64,000 nt of DNA from the sequence record NC_048016.1, one strand, 5' to 3'. The position numbers were made by a program, and so were the translations under genes. Within the stretch, counting starts at the first letter, position 1, and every line of letters starts with the position of its first letter. The notes below the pieces were generated by a model. It was not told the DNA's origin. It saw only the letters and a list, made by a program, of their open reading frames with translations, and ran no database searches. Below, piece by piece: positions 18,823 to 28,437 of the stretch.

Positions 18823-19263
18823 ATGAACGAACTGCAGAAAGAGTTAATGAATGTGAATCCACTGTCAGCAACCTTTGGTGAGGCTGCGGGTGGTGTACGT
18901 ACCGCTATGATTCCTGATGAGAAACTTGCCGAGATGCTTGTCGATACAGACGGCAGCACCGACCGCGCAGAGAAGTTTGTGGAAGAACTGGTTCAGGACG
19001 GTCAGATGTTAACCCGCGAAGCCGCTGACAAAATGGCTGAAGGTTATCGCGAAGCTGCTCGCAATACTATACCGGGTCAGACACTGATGGTGGACAGCAT
19101 GGGTAGCCTGATTAGCCATGAGCAGGCAGCACAGATTGTCCAGGATGGTCGCTTCATTCCACCTGCCAAGACACTCAAGCAGAAACGCGCTGAGAAGGCC
19201 GCTAAGAAGCGCCAAGCGAAATACATGCGTAGCCAATACCGTCGCGAGATGGGCATGCTGTGA
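18823..19263 (+). CDS. Hypothetical protein with basic C-terminus (146 aa)
   Basis: Start moved to ATG 18823 behind GCAAGGAGTAAT. Confidence 0.75.
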   Translation: MNELQKELMNVNPLSATFGEAAGGVRTAMIPDEKLAEMLVDTDGSTDRAEKFVEELVQDGQMLTREAADKMAEGYREAARNTIPGQTLMVDSMGSLISHEQAAQIVQDGRFIPPAKTLKQKRAEKAAKKRQAKYMRSQYRREMGML

Positions 19264-19311
19264 ACGCCCCAGCCCTGTTTAAATGAACAGATACGACGTA
19301 AGGAGTAATGT

Positions 19312-19446
19312 GTGGACCCGGTAACGAAGTTCTTTTTGATTGTTTTCTGCGTGCTTTGTGCATTGGCAGGCTGTGTGTGGATCTGGCAGGAACATGGCTG
19401 GATGAAACGTATGGACAAACTCGTCCACGGGGATAAGAAGAGATGA
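19312..19446 (+). CDS. Small membrane protein or lipoprotein (44 aa), not in ORF track
   Basis: GTAAGGAGTAAT RBS, GTG start; MDPVTKFFLIVFCVLCALAGCVWIWQEHGWMKRMDKLVHGDKKR*; LAGC lipobox-like. Confidence 0.65.
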   Translation: MDPVTKFFLIVFCVLCALAGCVWIWQEHGWMKRMDKLVHGDKKR

Positions 19447-19607
19447 TAACACTCTTCTGTTGGTTCTACGGTCTTCTCACTGCCGCCACGCTTGTGGCCT
19501 GCTGTGTTGCGTTCATCAATGAACTCGAAGCAGAAATCCATAAGATGACCGACTTCGAGATCCGAATGGCGCGTCTGGGTTTTGTGCGTATTAAGGATAA
19601 GAAATGA
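19443..19607 (+). CDS. Small membrane protein (54 aa), not in ORF track
   Basis: ATGA overlaps on both sides; MITLFCWFYGLLTAATLVACCVAFINELEAEIHKMTDFEIRMARLGFVRIKDKK*. Confidence 0.65.
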   Translation: MITLFCWFYGLLTAATLVACCVAFINELEAEIHKMTDFEIRMARLGFVRIKDKK

Positions 19608-19861
19608 AACGTCCACAATGGCGCGGCAAACGCCACGCGTATCTGAAGTTCCAACGTAAACAAGGTCTGCGTACCACTAAGAAGTATCTAACGTCGCCTT
19701 ACATTGTTCGGGGTAAGCATCGCGGCTCGATATCCGTTGACCCATCGGTGGTTCACGTGGTCGAGACAAGTAATACGCTCCACTTCGAAAGCGAAGTGGA
19801 TTTGCCGATCACAGTTAAGAGAATAGGACACCTGAATGAAAAAGGCTCAGTGGCGTGGTAA
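19604..19861 (+). CDS. Small basic protein (85 aa)
   Basis: TAAGGA RBS; N-terminus shared with next ORF. Confidence 0.65.
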   Translation: MKRPQWRGKRHAYLKFQRKQGLRTTKKYLTSPYIVRGKHRGSISVDPSVVHVVETSNTLHFESEVDLPITVKRIGHLNEKGSVAW

Positions 19862-20039
19862 GCGACATGCTTACGAACAGTTCCAGTTAAAGCAAATCCA
19901 ACGGGTCTGGGTAGATTTCGTCGGGGGTGATTTTCACGAGGATACACCCGCCGAACAAATCTTGAGCAACGTGGGTATTCGGCTGGTTAAATCTGCTGAC
20001 GTGAAACTGTGTTCTGATCAGCACATCGGCAACAAATAA
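19836..20039 (+). CDS. Small protein (67 aa)
   Basis: AGGA RBS; N-terminus shared with previous ORF. Confidence 0.65.
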   Translation: MKKAQWRGKRHAYEQFQLKQIQRVWVDFVGGDFHEDTPAEQILSNVGIRLVKSADVKLCSDQHIGNK

Positions 20040-20048
20040 AATAAAGTA

Positions 20049-20068
20049 ACCCACCCCGAGGGGTGGGT
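20049..20068. terminator. Likely bidirectional terminator between convergent operons
   Basis: ACCCACCC-CGAG-GGGTGGGT with A tract upstream and T tract downstream. Confidence 0.75.
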
Positions 20069-20095
20069 ACTTGCCACTGCTTTCTTTTTTTTTGT

Positions 20096-22849
20096 TTACG
20101 CAGGCGGTTGAGTTGGGTCGTCTGCGTTCACTGTCGGTGCAGCGCCCGGTTCGCCCTCGGCATTGTCGTCTTCATCATTCTCATCATTGGCATTTTCATC
20201 CGTTGACTCGTCTGATTCATCACCCATGTCGAAGTCGTCTTCATCGCCGCCTTCAGAGAACATGTCATCATCCCCTCCAGCGTCACCACCGCCGGTGTCG
20301 TCATCACCAAATGACGAGGTACCGAAACCACCACCCGCCGCATCCGGGTCACCAGACTGTTTTGCAACGGTGTCCAGTTTACCTTTCACACGGGATGCCA
20401 ACTGCATCAGCATCTTGGTAGCAGACTGCTCTTCATCCGAGATAGTCTTGATAACGTCTTGACGTTTATCGTCGTCGTACACCAAGTCAAACATCTCGTT
20501 CTCAATGCCCTGTTGACGCAACCACTGGCGGGCGTAGAACGTCTTAACCATGTTCTTCACATCGTTAGCGTCCATCGCAATACCGGCGTTGTTCAGCGCA
20601 TTCACACGGTCTTCGGTCACCACCAAGTCAGCCAGTTTATCCCAGAACTCCATACGCTTATCAAACAGATCCATCTGCGATGCTGCAGCAGAGGTATCCG
20701 GTGGCGGCAGACGGGTCTGCATGCCGTTGATAAAGGCGCGCATGTATTCACTGATACGGGTCACCAGCTCAGTTCCGGTCTTACGTTCTGAATCGCTCAG
20801 GTAGTTCGCAATGATTTCAATCATCTTCGCTTGCAGGCGAGGTGAAGACTGAATGCCGTTGGTCACGTATCGGTTCAGTGGCTTTTCCAGAATCTCTTGC
20901 TTCTTCACAATCTGCTGGGTCACAATCAGTGACTTCGAGTAAATCTGTGAAGCGAACTCAAGGTTCTCTGGTGTCAACACGAGGTCTGGGTCAACACCGG
21001 CCAAGTGACAGGTACGACGCAGCAACTCTTGGTCAAACTCCATGTCCGGTTCTTTATAGTCCGGCGTGGTGTCGGAAACCGAGATTTTGTGTGACGAGTA
21101 GTGGTCGTTACCCTCAACGTTAAAGGCAATACCGGAGTTGGTTGCCATTGACCAGACATCCGACATATTCCCCCACATCGGCATACGGCGGTTGGTACCG
21201 TTCAGGATGTCTGACTTGATACGGTCAACGGCTTCTTTACCGTTCATCGCATCCGGTGACAGCGTGATGTCGTATTGCAGGTGACGGGCTGAGTTCAGAA
21301 CCGCCGCGTTCATCCCCGCGAACAACAACGCCATACGGATGGTCGAGATAACGAACGAGCGCTCAGTAATAGAAATACCGATACCGTTGTCATCAAAGTC
21401 GGTAGCGAAGTAACACAAGTTCTCAGCCGGGATATACACCACTTGGGTATAACGTTTCGCCAAGTGACGGGTTAACACCACACGACCAAACATTTCCGTG
21501 ATACCGATATCGAGCTCTACGCCACCTAGAGCCGGTGACAGCGCTTCAGCCAACTGACCCTCAGCTAACTCGCCAAAACGTGCTGTGAGGCGATTAGAGA
21601 TGTCTGGCGTCACTAACTGACCGTTACCCATGCCGAGGTTGGCACGGTTAATGATAGAATCGGTGGCACCGTCATTGTTGAGGTAGTTCATGAAGCTTGC
21701 ATCGCCATACATCGACGACTTCTCGTTCACAAAGTTACCGAGCTCATCGATGATGGTCAGGTAGCCGATTGGGTTCGCCGTGTCCCCTGCAATGATGACC
21801 GGCAACGTCGAGGCCGCTGGCAACTCACGCTCGATAAACTCAAGGTGGTTGTTGTCAGCCATGCTGATACGCGGAACCTCTGCGTACATCTGCTGCTCAG
21901 GGGTTTTATTGTACGTCTCATTTAAGTCACCGAGATTGAGCCAATTCTTCTTTTGCTCATTCGCATCCTTAAACTGATCCGCATCAAAGCGACCATTAAG
22001 ACCCCCGTTGACCTGTTCATATGCGGTCTGTTCTAACTGACCGTACAAGCTGCTACGGCTGTCTTCACGGGCTGCACGCTGGATAGTTTCGTGTGCCACC
22101 AAGATACGATCGTTGTCGGTAATCCCGATTTCGATGCTGGTACGCCCGCCCTTGATATCGGCTTCTTTCATGCCGAGCTCAGTGAACAACGGCTTCAGGT
22201 CAATGGTGATTTTCTGTGGGCCGTCTGGCACTTTGTTACGACGACTGAGGATACTCTCCAAACCGACTTTCTGCTCGCCTTCCGGTTTCAGACTGCCTAA
22301 GTGACCCTGTTGCTTTTCAAAGACTTCTTTGTACGTCTTGGTCGCTTTGGTGGACTCGGTACCTACACGGGCATCGGTGCCCTTGAGGTTGAACAACTCA
22401 TCAAAGCCGGCATCTGAAATAAACAGTACCGGGGTAGCCCCTTGGTCACGGTTGGCGTTGTAAAGCCACTTGTAGAGCTTCTTCGGTAACTGACGCTCAC
22501 GGTCGTTAAAGTCACGCACCACTTCAATCAAGTCCGCACGCAAGTCCAACGGGATGTCTGCGTCGTTGTCGTAAATGATGGTGGTGTTAATCAAGTCTTT
22601 TGTGGACAGGACAGACGAGGTTGCGATTGTAACAATCGTTTCCAACTCCGGTAACGCCTGAAAGATTTGTTTTGAGTTACGAACACTACGGAGACGTGAA
22701 GACGCGAATCCCATGAGTTCTGCACGGGTAGGTGTTGTACCACCCTCTTCACGCTTGCCACGCTGCTGGCCTTGGCTAGGGCTCGTTGTTTTACGCAGTA
22801 GCGCTTCAACGGCCGGGTCGCGTTCTACCAACTTCTTATTCTCGCTCAT
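20096..22849 (-). CDS. Portal protein (phiKZ-type, about 917 aa)
   Basis: Start moved to ATG 22849 behind GGAGA; size, QIFQALPELETIVTIATSSVLS and VYIPAENLCYFA motifs, divergent arrangement; acidic C-terminal tail. Confidence 0.78.
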   Translation of the reverse strand: MSENKKLVERDPAVEALLRKTTSPSQGQQRGKREEGGTTPTRAELMGFASSRLRSVRNSKQIFQALPELETIVTIATSSVLSTKDLINTTIIYDNDADIPLDLRADLIEVVRDFNDRERQLPKKLYKWLYNANRDQGATPVLFISDAGFDELFNLKGTDARVGTESTKATKTYKEVFEKQQGHLGSLKPEGEQKVGLESILSRRNKVPDGPQKITIDLKPLFTELGMKEADIKGGRTSIEIGITDNDRILVAHETIQRAAREDSRSSLYGQLEQTAYEQVNGGLNGRFDADQFKDANEQKKNWLNLGDLNETYNKTPEQQMYAEVPRISMADNNHLEFIERELPAASTLPVIIAGDTANPIGYLTIIDELGNFVNEKSSMYGDASFMNYLNNDGATDSIINRANLGMGNGQLVTPDISNRLTARFGELAEGQLAEALSPALGGVELDIGITEMFGRVVLTRHLAKRYTQVVYIPAENLCYFATDFDDNGIGISITERSFVISTIRMALLFAGMNAAVLNSARHLQYDITLSPDAMNGKEAVDRIKSDILNGTNRRMPMWGNMSDVWSMATNSGIAFNVEGNDHYSSHKISVSDTTPDYKEPDMEFDQELLRRTCHLAGVDPDLVLTPENLEFASQIYSKSLIVTQQIVKKQEILEKPLNRYVTNGIQSSPRLQAKMIEIIANYLSDSERKTGTELVTRISEYMRAFINGMQTRLPPPDTSAAASQMDLFDKRMEFWDKLADLVVTEDRVNALNNAGIAMDANDVKNMVKTFYARQWLRQQGIENEMFDLVYDDDKRQDVIKTISDEEQSATKMLMQLASRVKGKLDTVAKQSGDPDAAGGGFGTSSFGDDDTGGGDAGGDDDMFSEGGDEDDFDMGDESDESTDENANDENDEDDNAEGEPGAAPTVNADDPTQPPA

Positions 22850-22861
22850 CGGGGTCTCCGG

Positions 22862-25042
22862 ATGCAAAGGTTCAATATATTTCGTGACCAGAATATCGCA
22901 CTGGCGAAGTCGTTGATTTTCAAATCCGACATCATCGCCCAGCAGATGAATCTGGCTATTACAGAGAATGGCGGCACGGTCTTAAGCGACCGTTTCACAT
23001 GGCGTTATTACCAACACCTTGCAGGTATTCGTCATGAAACAGACAAGCCGTTGTTAATAAGGTCACTGGATACGAAAAAGGACATCGAGTTAACGCCGGC
23101 TAACATGGCGTTACATAAGAAAACCTCGAATGCTTATCGGGGTGACCCTGACACGTATATCGATGGTTTGATTGGCACCTACCCGGATTACGCTGTGTAT
23201 ATTCGTGGGGTGTTTAATCCCGTTCCTCTTTCTGTGTCGGTGCCCGCACGCGAATGCACTATCCTTTATTACAACAAGTCATTGGTGGAGCCGCAAGAAA
23301 CCTCGCTTATCACCCGAATGGAAGAATGGATTTATGCCGTTCACGTTCGCTGGATGGCCGAAGGGTGGCGGGTACACAATGATGCTTTTGTGCTGGCCTT
23401 TTACCTGAAACTGTTCCCACGCTTAGGGGCGGAGTTAATGGACCGCCGGTTGGAGAAAATCCACACCGTTGAAACCCATTCATTCCACGTCACCGAGTTC
23501 TTGGCCTCGCATCAGGAGCTGCACGAGTTTGTGCCCTACCTGACGAACAAGATGAAGTTTACGTTGTATCGCAACATCCGCTTCTGGGAACGCAACTCCG
23601 GGAAAAGCACCATCTTTGATTGGATGGTCGACACCCTGTTCACTGGCTGGTCAATGCCTGCGGTGTCCTACACCGTGAGTCAGAAGATTCACGACCCTAC
23701 CACAGGTAGTGACGATGATGTAAACCCACTTCCGATCGCCTATTCGAAGTCACTGAACTACGAAGAGCGTGACTCCGGTCGTGACTTGAATCTGTTGTCC
23801 ACGAACGATGTGATTCAGAAAGAGTACGGGCTGGCGTATGACAACGCCGAGTACCAGCAGGAGTACCAAGACGACCTCGACAGTCGTTTAGGCCTCACGC
23901 TGTATGCTGCGCAACCGACCAAGCTCGTGGAAGTGACCTCGATTGACCCGGAAGCTATCGAGCGCTGGGAGTTCACGCACCTGCTGTTCAACGAGTGGCT
24001 GCACTACACCGCGCGGGGCACGTACAACATCATGCACGAGGTGTTGAACCCGACTACCGGGGACACCATCAAAATCTCCACTAAAGAACTGCTGGCCTTG
24101 TATCTGTACGCCGGCTTCAAAGGCTTTAGTGGGGTGGCGCTGGAGAAGATTCCTGACTTCAATGCCATGGGGGTGCTGATTAAGCGCTGGGTGTCGGTCG
24201 AGGAAATGCACAACTACCTTATCCCAAGCTGGCCCGGTCGTTACGATCGCATGGTTTCTTACTTCGCAGACACACACTACGAGCAACTCACGCCAATTGA
24301 GAATGCCGAAGAGATGTATTCTGTGGCACAGACCATCATGCAGAACAAACGCCGTCGTTGGGTCTTTGCCGGTAACCGCAAAGTCTTAACGGAGAACGCT
24401 GCCGGTAAGCTGTTGTTCCAATACTTCTACCGCGACTACAAGTGTCCCCTGAATCTGAGTTACAAGTCTTACGACGAGTTCTTCAAGATTTACAATATCG
24501 ACTATACGTTGATATCGCAGGAGACATGGCAGGATATCGCGAAGGACGCCTTCAACCTCGGTACCGCGTTTGAATCCAGTGCGAGTATTTCGCAGGCTGA
24601 AATCCAACGGGCCATGGTGAAACTGATATCGAAGCTTGCCTCCTATACCGTGCACTTTGCGGCGAGGATGTCAAGTGATACCTTCGACGTCACCGACCCT
24701 ATCACCCCACTGATTGATGACATGTTACTGGCCGGTTCCGGCACGATTGATGTTGACCACACCCCGGCAACCGTTGTCAGTGTGAAGTCGAAGTCCCGTG
24801 CACACTGCGACACCGTGCTGGATGTGACCCCGTCAATCAAGACGTCTGTGCCAACGCGTATTCGTGCCACGATGAACGTGTTCATGGGCATTCAGGTCTC
24901 TACGAAGTCCAGCATCCGTGTCAACATCGAACAGCCACCGCTGGAGGTGACCGATGCTGAGTGGGAAAGCGGCGAGAAGACACTGACCCGTCGTGTCCGC
25001 CATCGTGACCTGCCCGGATTCACCACCGACAACTTAGAGTGA
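22862..25042 (+). CDS. Conserved virion structural protein (726 aa)
   Basis: Divergent from portal; WRYYQHLAG, HSFHVTEFLASH, LYRNIRFWERNSGK motifs recalled from phiKZ-like virion proteins. Confidence 0.65.
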   Translation: MQRFNIFRDQNIALAKSLIFKSDIIAQQMNLAITENGGTVLSDRFTWRYYQHLAGIRHETDKPLLIRSLDTKKDIELTPANMALHKKTSNAYRGDPDTYIDGLIGTYPDYAVYIRGVFNPVPLSVSVPARECTILYYNKSLVEPQETSLITRMEEWIYAVHVRWMAEGWRVHNDAFVLAFYLKLFPRLGAELMDRRLEKIHTVETHSFHVTEFLASHQELHEFVPYLTNKMKFTLYRNIRFWERNSGKSTIFDWMVDTLFTGWSMPAVSYTVSQKIHDPTTGSDDDVNPLPIAYSKSLNYEERDSGRDLNLLSTNDVIQKEYGLAYDNAEYQQEYQDDLDSRLGLTLYAAQPTKLVEVTSIDPEAIERWEFTHLLFNEWLHYTARGTYNIMHEVLNPTTGDTIKISTKELLALYLYAGFKGFSGVALEKIPDFNAMGVLIKRWVSVEEMHNYLIPSWPGRYDRMVSYFADTHYEQLTPIENAEEMYSVAQTIMQNKRRRWVFAGNRKVLTENAAGKLLFQYFYRDYKCPLNLSYKSYDEFFKIYNIDYTLISQETWQDIAKDAFNLGTAFESSASISQAEIQRAMVKLISKLASYTVHFAARMSSDTFDVTDPITPLIDDMLLAGSGTIDVDHTPATVVSVKSKSRAHCDTVLDVTPSIKTSVPTRIRATMNVFMGIQVSTKSSIRVNIEQPPLEVTDAEWESGEKTLTRRVRHRDLPGFTTDNLE

Positions 25043-25049
25043 GAGGCTT

Positions 25050-25577
25050 ATGACGTACCGTGTGGATTTATCTAAAACCGCACCTGAGATTCTAATTAAC
25101 CGCATCAATTACGTGTTCGGCACATCTTATACTCCCGACCAACTCACCTTTGATTCGCGTGGTGCAGTGCCGCTGAGTATAGAAGAAGCCCGCCGTGAAG
25201 GTGTGGAATCGAAAGCAGCGGCGTACTATCGCAACGGGTACTCAGGTTCGCAGAACTTTGTCTTTACCCGCGGTGATTTGAACAAACTGTTGCGGGGTGT
25301 TGTGGTGCCGGTGCCTTTGGGTGCGGTAAAGTCCAGCGAAGAGTTGGCCCCCTACATCTTTGATGAGTTAGGTGTGAACCTCAACCCGCATCAAATCTTG
25401 ATTGAACCTATCCCTGAGGATGCAACCGACTTTACGGTGCGTCTGATACCACGTCATCTGTCGTTGAAGGGTACCATTGCTATTGAGTTCGTCGACCCTA
25501 CGCCGCGCAAGCTCAAAGTGCTTGTGTCCAAAACCGAACTTGATGGTTTTAGCTTTCCAGGAGAATTAAATGGCTAA
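25050..25577 (+). CDS. Tail/baseplate paralog-family protein, N-terminal module only (175 aa)
   Basis: Shares the module of the 59.7-64 kb array; ends at TELDGFSFP. Confidence 0.6.
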   Translation: MTYRVDLSKTAPEILINRINYVFGTSYTPDQLTFDSRGAVPLSIEEARREGVESKAAAYYRNGYSGSQNFVFTRGDLNKLLRGVVVPVPLGAVKSSEELAPYIFDELGVNLNPHQILIEPIPEDATDFTVRLIPRHLSLKGTIAIEFVDPTPRKLKVLVSKTELDGFSFPGELNG

Positions 25578-26457
25578 CAGTAAAGTCTATGACGGCAAGA
25601 TTAACACGGTGACGCTGAGCGCCATGCGCTTGACGTCTGCACTGCTTTGTGGTGCACCGGTTAAGTACCCGCAGAAGTCCACGTTGAATGAACACCTCAA
25701 CCTGATGACGGCGAAAATACCTGACCCAACAGCCCGTCCGACCATCAAGTACATGTGTATCGGTATCAAAGGCCACACGGCTGAACTGGCAGATGACGAC
25801 ATCTACGACTTCGTCCCGCTTGGGAAGAAAGCCTCGTACTCGGGCATGTACAAAGCCATGCCGTTTGTGCTGCGCCGCATGGACAACGACCTTTCGGATG
25901 CCCAGCGTGCCAACTACGCTTTCCGTACCAAGCTCACCCTCGGTGGCGTAGACTACTGGGCGTACTACCTGAAACGTATCGACATGCGTTCGGTGGAAAC
26001 CACCGACTACGATATCCGTCGTGAGAACGGTGAAGAGCGCGTTGACCTGTTTAACTACACCGACAACGAGCTGTACCCAACGCCGGGGACCCTGCCGGAG
26101 TTCAACTACGACGATGACACCACCGTTGAGTTGCCGGATGGCCGTTACGCGAAATCCAACGTGGAACTGCGTATCGGCTGGAACGACTTCGATGTGCAGG
26201 AATACATGAACGTCTGTGCTATCATGCGCGGCAGTTCACAGTCTTCTATCGTGTCCGAAATCGCGGTGTGCTCAGGCCTTGACGCTGTTGAGTCAGGTGA
26301 GTCTGCTACCGGGTCGAAGTTCAGTTATGACGAAGCGATTGGTGTGCAGGTGATGTACTACATCGACCTCTATGCCAACCTTGCCGTAACCAACGACAAC
26401 CTTGAGCTGACCATCAACATCGGCCAGACCGTGCCATTCTGGTTAGGCCCGAACTGA
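25570..26457 (+). CDS. Conserved virion structural protein (295 aa)
   Basis: KSTLNEHL, LYKAMPFVLR-like and YWAYYLKRID motifs; position before the resolvase. Confidence 0.6.
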   Translation: MANSKVYDGKINTVTLSAMRLTSALLCGAPVKYPQKSTLNEHLNLMTAKIPDPTARPTIKYMCIGIKGHTAELADDDIYDFVPLGKKASYSGMYKAMPFVLRRMDNDLSDAQRANYAFRTKLTLGGVDYWAYYLKRIDMRSVETTDYDIRRENGEERVDLFNYTDNELYPTPGTLPEFNYDDDTTVELPDGRYAKSNVELRIGWNDFDVQEYMNVCAIMRGSSQSSIVSEIAVCSGLDAVESGESATGSKFSYDEAIGVQVMYYIDLYANLAVTNDNLELTINIGQTVPFWLGPN

Positions 26458-27110
26458 TGCTGATACCCGAACCGCGGTTTCCCGATAACTCGGTTCGAAT
26501 CTGTGCTGTTGACCCCGGTACCTCGTATCTGGGTCTGGCGGTGTTGGACTGGGTGTACGGTGAGCCACAGGCAGAAGTGGTCTGGGCAGGTACCTTGCAC
26601 GCAGTTGACCCGACGCATCAAAACAGCCATTCTGAGGTGTGCGGTAAACGTGACGCCCGAATGGCAAAGTTGCAACAGGGTTACGCAGAGTTCCTGCGTA
26701 TCTCACGGCCAACCTTCTGTTGTACTGAAACACCGTTCATGCAGCGACTGAAACTCTCGGCTTACGAGTCGGGGGTTGAGCTTCAACAGATGCTGCGGAC
26801 AACGTTGTTTGAGATCTTCCCGGAAAAGTGGCTCCATGGGTTCAATCCCATTATTGTGAAGTCCTACGTAGGTGTTGAAGCGAAGGGTACGGATAAAACG
26901 CACATGTTTAATGCCGTGACCAAGCTTTACGCTAACCACACGTTAATCGACCTGACGGCTCTTGATGAGCACTCAATCGATGCCGTCGCGGTTGGCAACA
27001 TCTTTGTCCGCACTTCACTCTTATCACTAAACAGTCTGCTCCCGCCTCGTGAGAAGAAGCCTAAAGCGCCGAAGGGCTCACGGCGGAGAAGTAGACGCCG
27101 GAGGAAGTGA
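26457..27110 (+). CDS. ruvC: RuvC-like Holliday junction resolvase (217 aa)
   Basis: ICAVDPGT, CCTETPF, VKSYVGV..KGTDK, HSIDAVAVG: full RuvC acidic motif set. Confidence 0.85.
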   Translation: MLIPEPRFPDNSVRICAVDPGTSYLGLAVLDWVYGEPQAEVVWAGTLHAVDPTHQNSHSEVCGKRDARMAKLQQGYAEFLRISRPTFCCTETPFMQRLKLSAYESGVELQQMLRTTLFEIFPEKWLHGFNPIIVKSYVGVEAKGTDKTHMFNAVTKLYANHTLIDLTALDEHSIDAVAVGNIFVRTSLLSLNSLLPPREKKPKAPKGSRRRSRRRRK

Positions 27111-27655
27111 CCATGACCCAATCCTTGCAAACCGCAGCGCCTGCATTACTGGATACCCTGATTCAAGCCGGTGACCGTGTGTTATCACCGGATGAAGCCT
27201 CGCGTGTTCAGGATGCTGCACTGGCCATTGGTGCCGCTGCTGTTAACACCGCGCTTCCTGCGAACTCTATCCTTGCTTCACTGCGTCCGCTGTTAGTGGA
27301 CAAAGTCGGGGTGATGGCAGAAGCGTTTGAAAAGCTGGCGGTGGACTCCTTAGAGGGGATGGATACAAAGTACAGCAAGGAAACCGTGATGACCTTATAC
27401 CCAACGCTCCTGTCGGGTCAGAAACTGTTGATTTGGTTTCTGGCGTTGGCACTGGTGGCCTTCACAGGCGTTGCGCTTTGGGATGTACTACAGCAGCCAC
27501 AGGTTGACCGAACGGATGTGCTTCTGACGGTGCTCGTACCACTCGGCGGGTTGATTGCTTTTGCAGCGGTGCCAATTAAAACATTGGCGTACAGCTCACT
27601 GGCGATTACGGCTAAAGTGGTGGAACACAAGATGAACAAAGCGTCCACCAAGTAA
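27107..27655 (+). CDS. Membrane protein with two C-terminal TM helices (182 aa)
   Basis: Hydrophobic LLIWFLALALVAFTGVALW and VLLTVLVPLGGLIAFAAV segments. Confidence 0.7.
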   Translation: MTMTQSLQTAAPALLDTLIQAGDRVLSPDEASRVQDAALAIGAAAVNTALPANSILASLRPLLVDKVGVMAEAFEKLAVDSLEGMDTKYSKETVMTLYPTLLSGQKLLIWFLALALVAFTGVALWDVLQQPQVDRTDVLLTVLVPLGGLIAFAAVPIKTLAYSSLAITAKVVEHKMNKASTK

Positions 27656-27659
27656 GACC

Positions 27660-27698
27660 GTCGAGTCCTTCGGGACTCGACTTCTTTTATTTCTTTTT
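27660..27698 (+). terminator. Intrinsic terminator
   Basis: GTCGAGTCC-TTCG-GGACTCGAC then T tract. Confidence 0.88.
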
Positions 27699-27718
27699 AC
27701 ATTTTGACGTCTTTATGT
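27695..27718 (+). promoter_or_regulatory. Bipartite promoter variant TTTTAC-N13-TATGT
   Basis: Same elements with a 2 nt shorter spacer. Confidence 0.4.
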
Positions 27719-27744
27719 GTATTTTCACCTCAAGGGCAGCTCCC

Positions 27745-28437
27745 ATGGATTTAAAATTTGACAGACGTGCGATACTGATACCGGTGGCCGGACTCGCCGC
27801 AGGCATCGCAAACGGCGACACGTACCGCTACCGTGAAGACCAACGCAAGGCCATGGTCGAGTGCCTGCTGCGTGACGTATTAGAAGAGAGCGGGGGTCGG
27901 GAAGATGCGCACACTCTTTCGACGCCCCGTGGTAAACTGGGTCGGCATTACTTTGAACTCAGCCGCTACTACGAAGAAGACAACCCGTCTTCCGAGGTCT
28001 GCAACGCCTACAACCGCTCGGTGATTAAAGCCCGCATCAAAGCACTGCTCGCCAAACACAGTCTCTATGAGGCGTGTGTTGCCGAAGACCAGTCTGTTGT
28101 GAATAGCATCAGTGCTGGCTACACCGTGACATGGTTCGGGAAAAAGGGGAAACACCTGCCGTTGCAACACAAACACATTGTGGTGACGTGGGTGAGACCA
28201 AGGCTGGATTACCAGTCTATGGATGTGACGACTTTTATTGAACGTGTTATTACAGCGCTCGGAAAGAAATATCCACGCGAGCAGGTAAAGCAGACAGTAC
28301 ATGCGATACCGCTTGGCGTCTTACTCAGTTCTTATCCACACGGTGCGATGGCGGAAGACCTTCGCGAACATCCGTACCAAACGTGGGATGGACTATTACA
28401 GTTCGTGACTTCACGACTGAAAGGGGGTTTAAAATGA
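27745..28437 (+). CDS. Hypothetical protein (230 aa)
   Basis: ATG 27745 behind AAGGG. Confidence 0.7.
   Translation: MDLKFDRRAILIPVAGLAAGIANGDTYRYREDQRKAMVECLLRDVLEESGGREDAHTLSTPRGKLGRHYFELSRYYEEDNPSSEVCNAYNRSVIKARIKALLAKHSLYEACVAEDQSVVNSISAGYTVTWFGKKGKHLPLQHKHIVVTWVRPRLDYQSMDVTTFIERVITALGKKYPREQVKQTVHAIPLGVLLSSYPHGAMAEDLREHPYQTWDGLLQFVTSRLKGGLK

Noticed and set aside
27107-27655. Holin assignment
   Set aside because: Two TM helices only; no endolysin or spanin neighbours and a long soluble N-terminus
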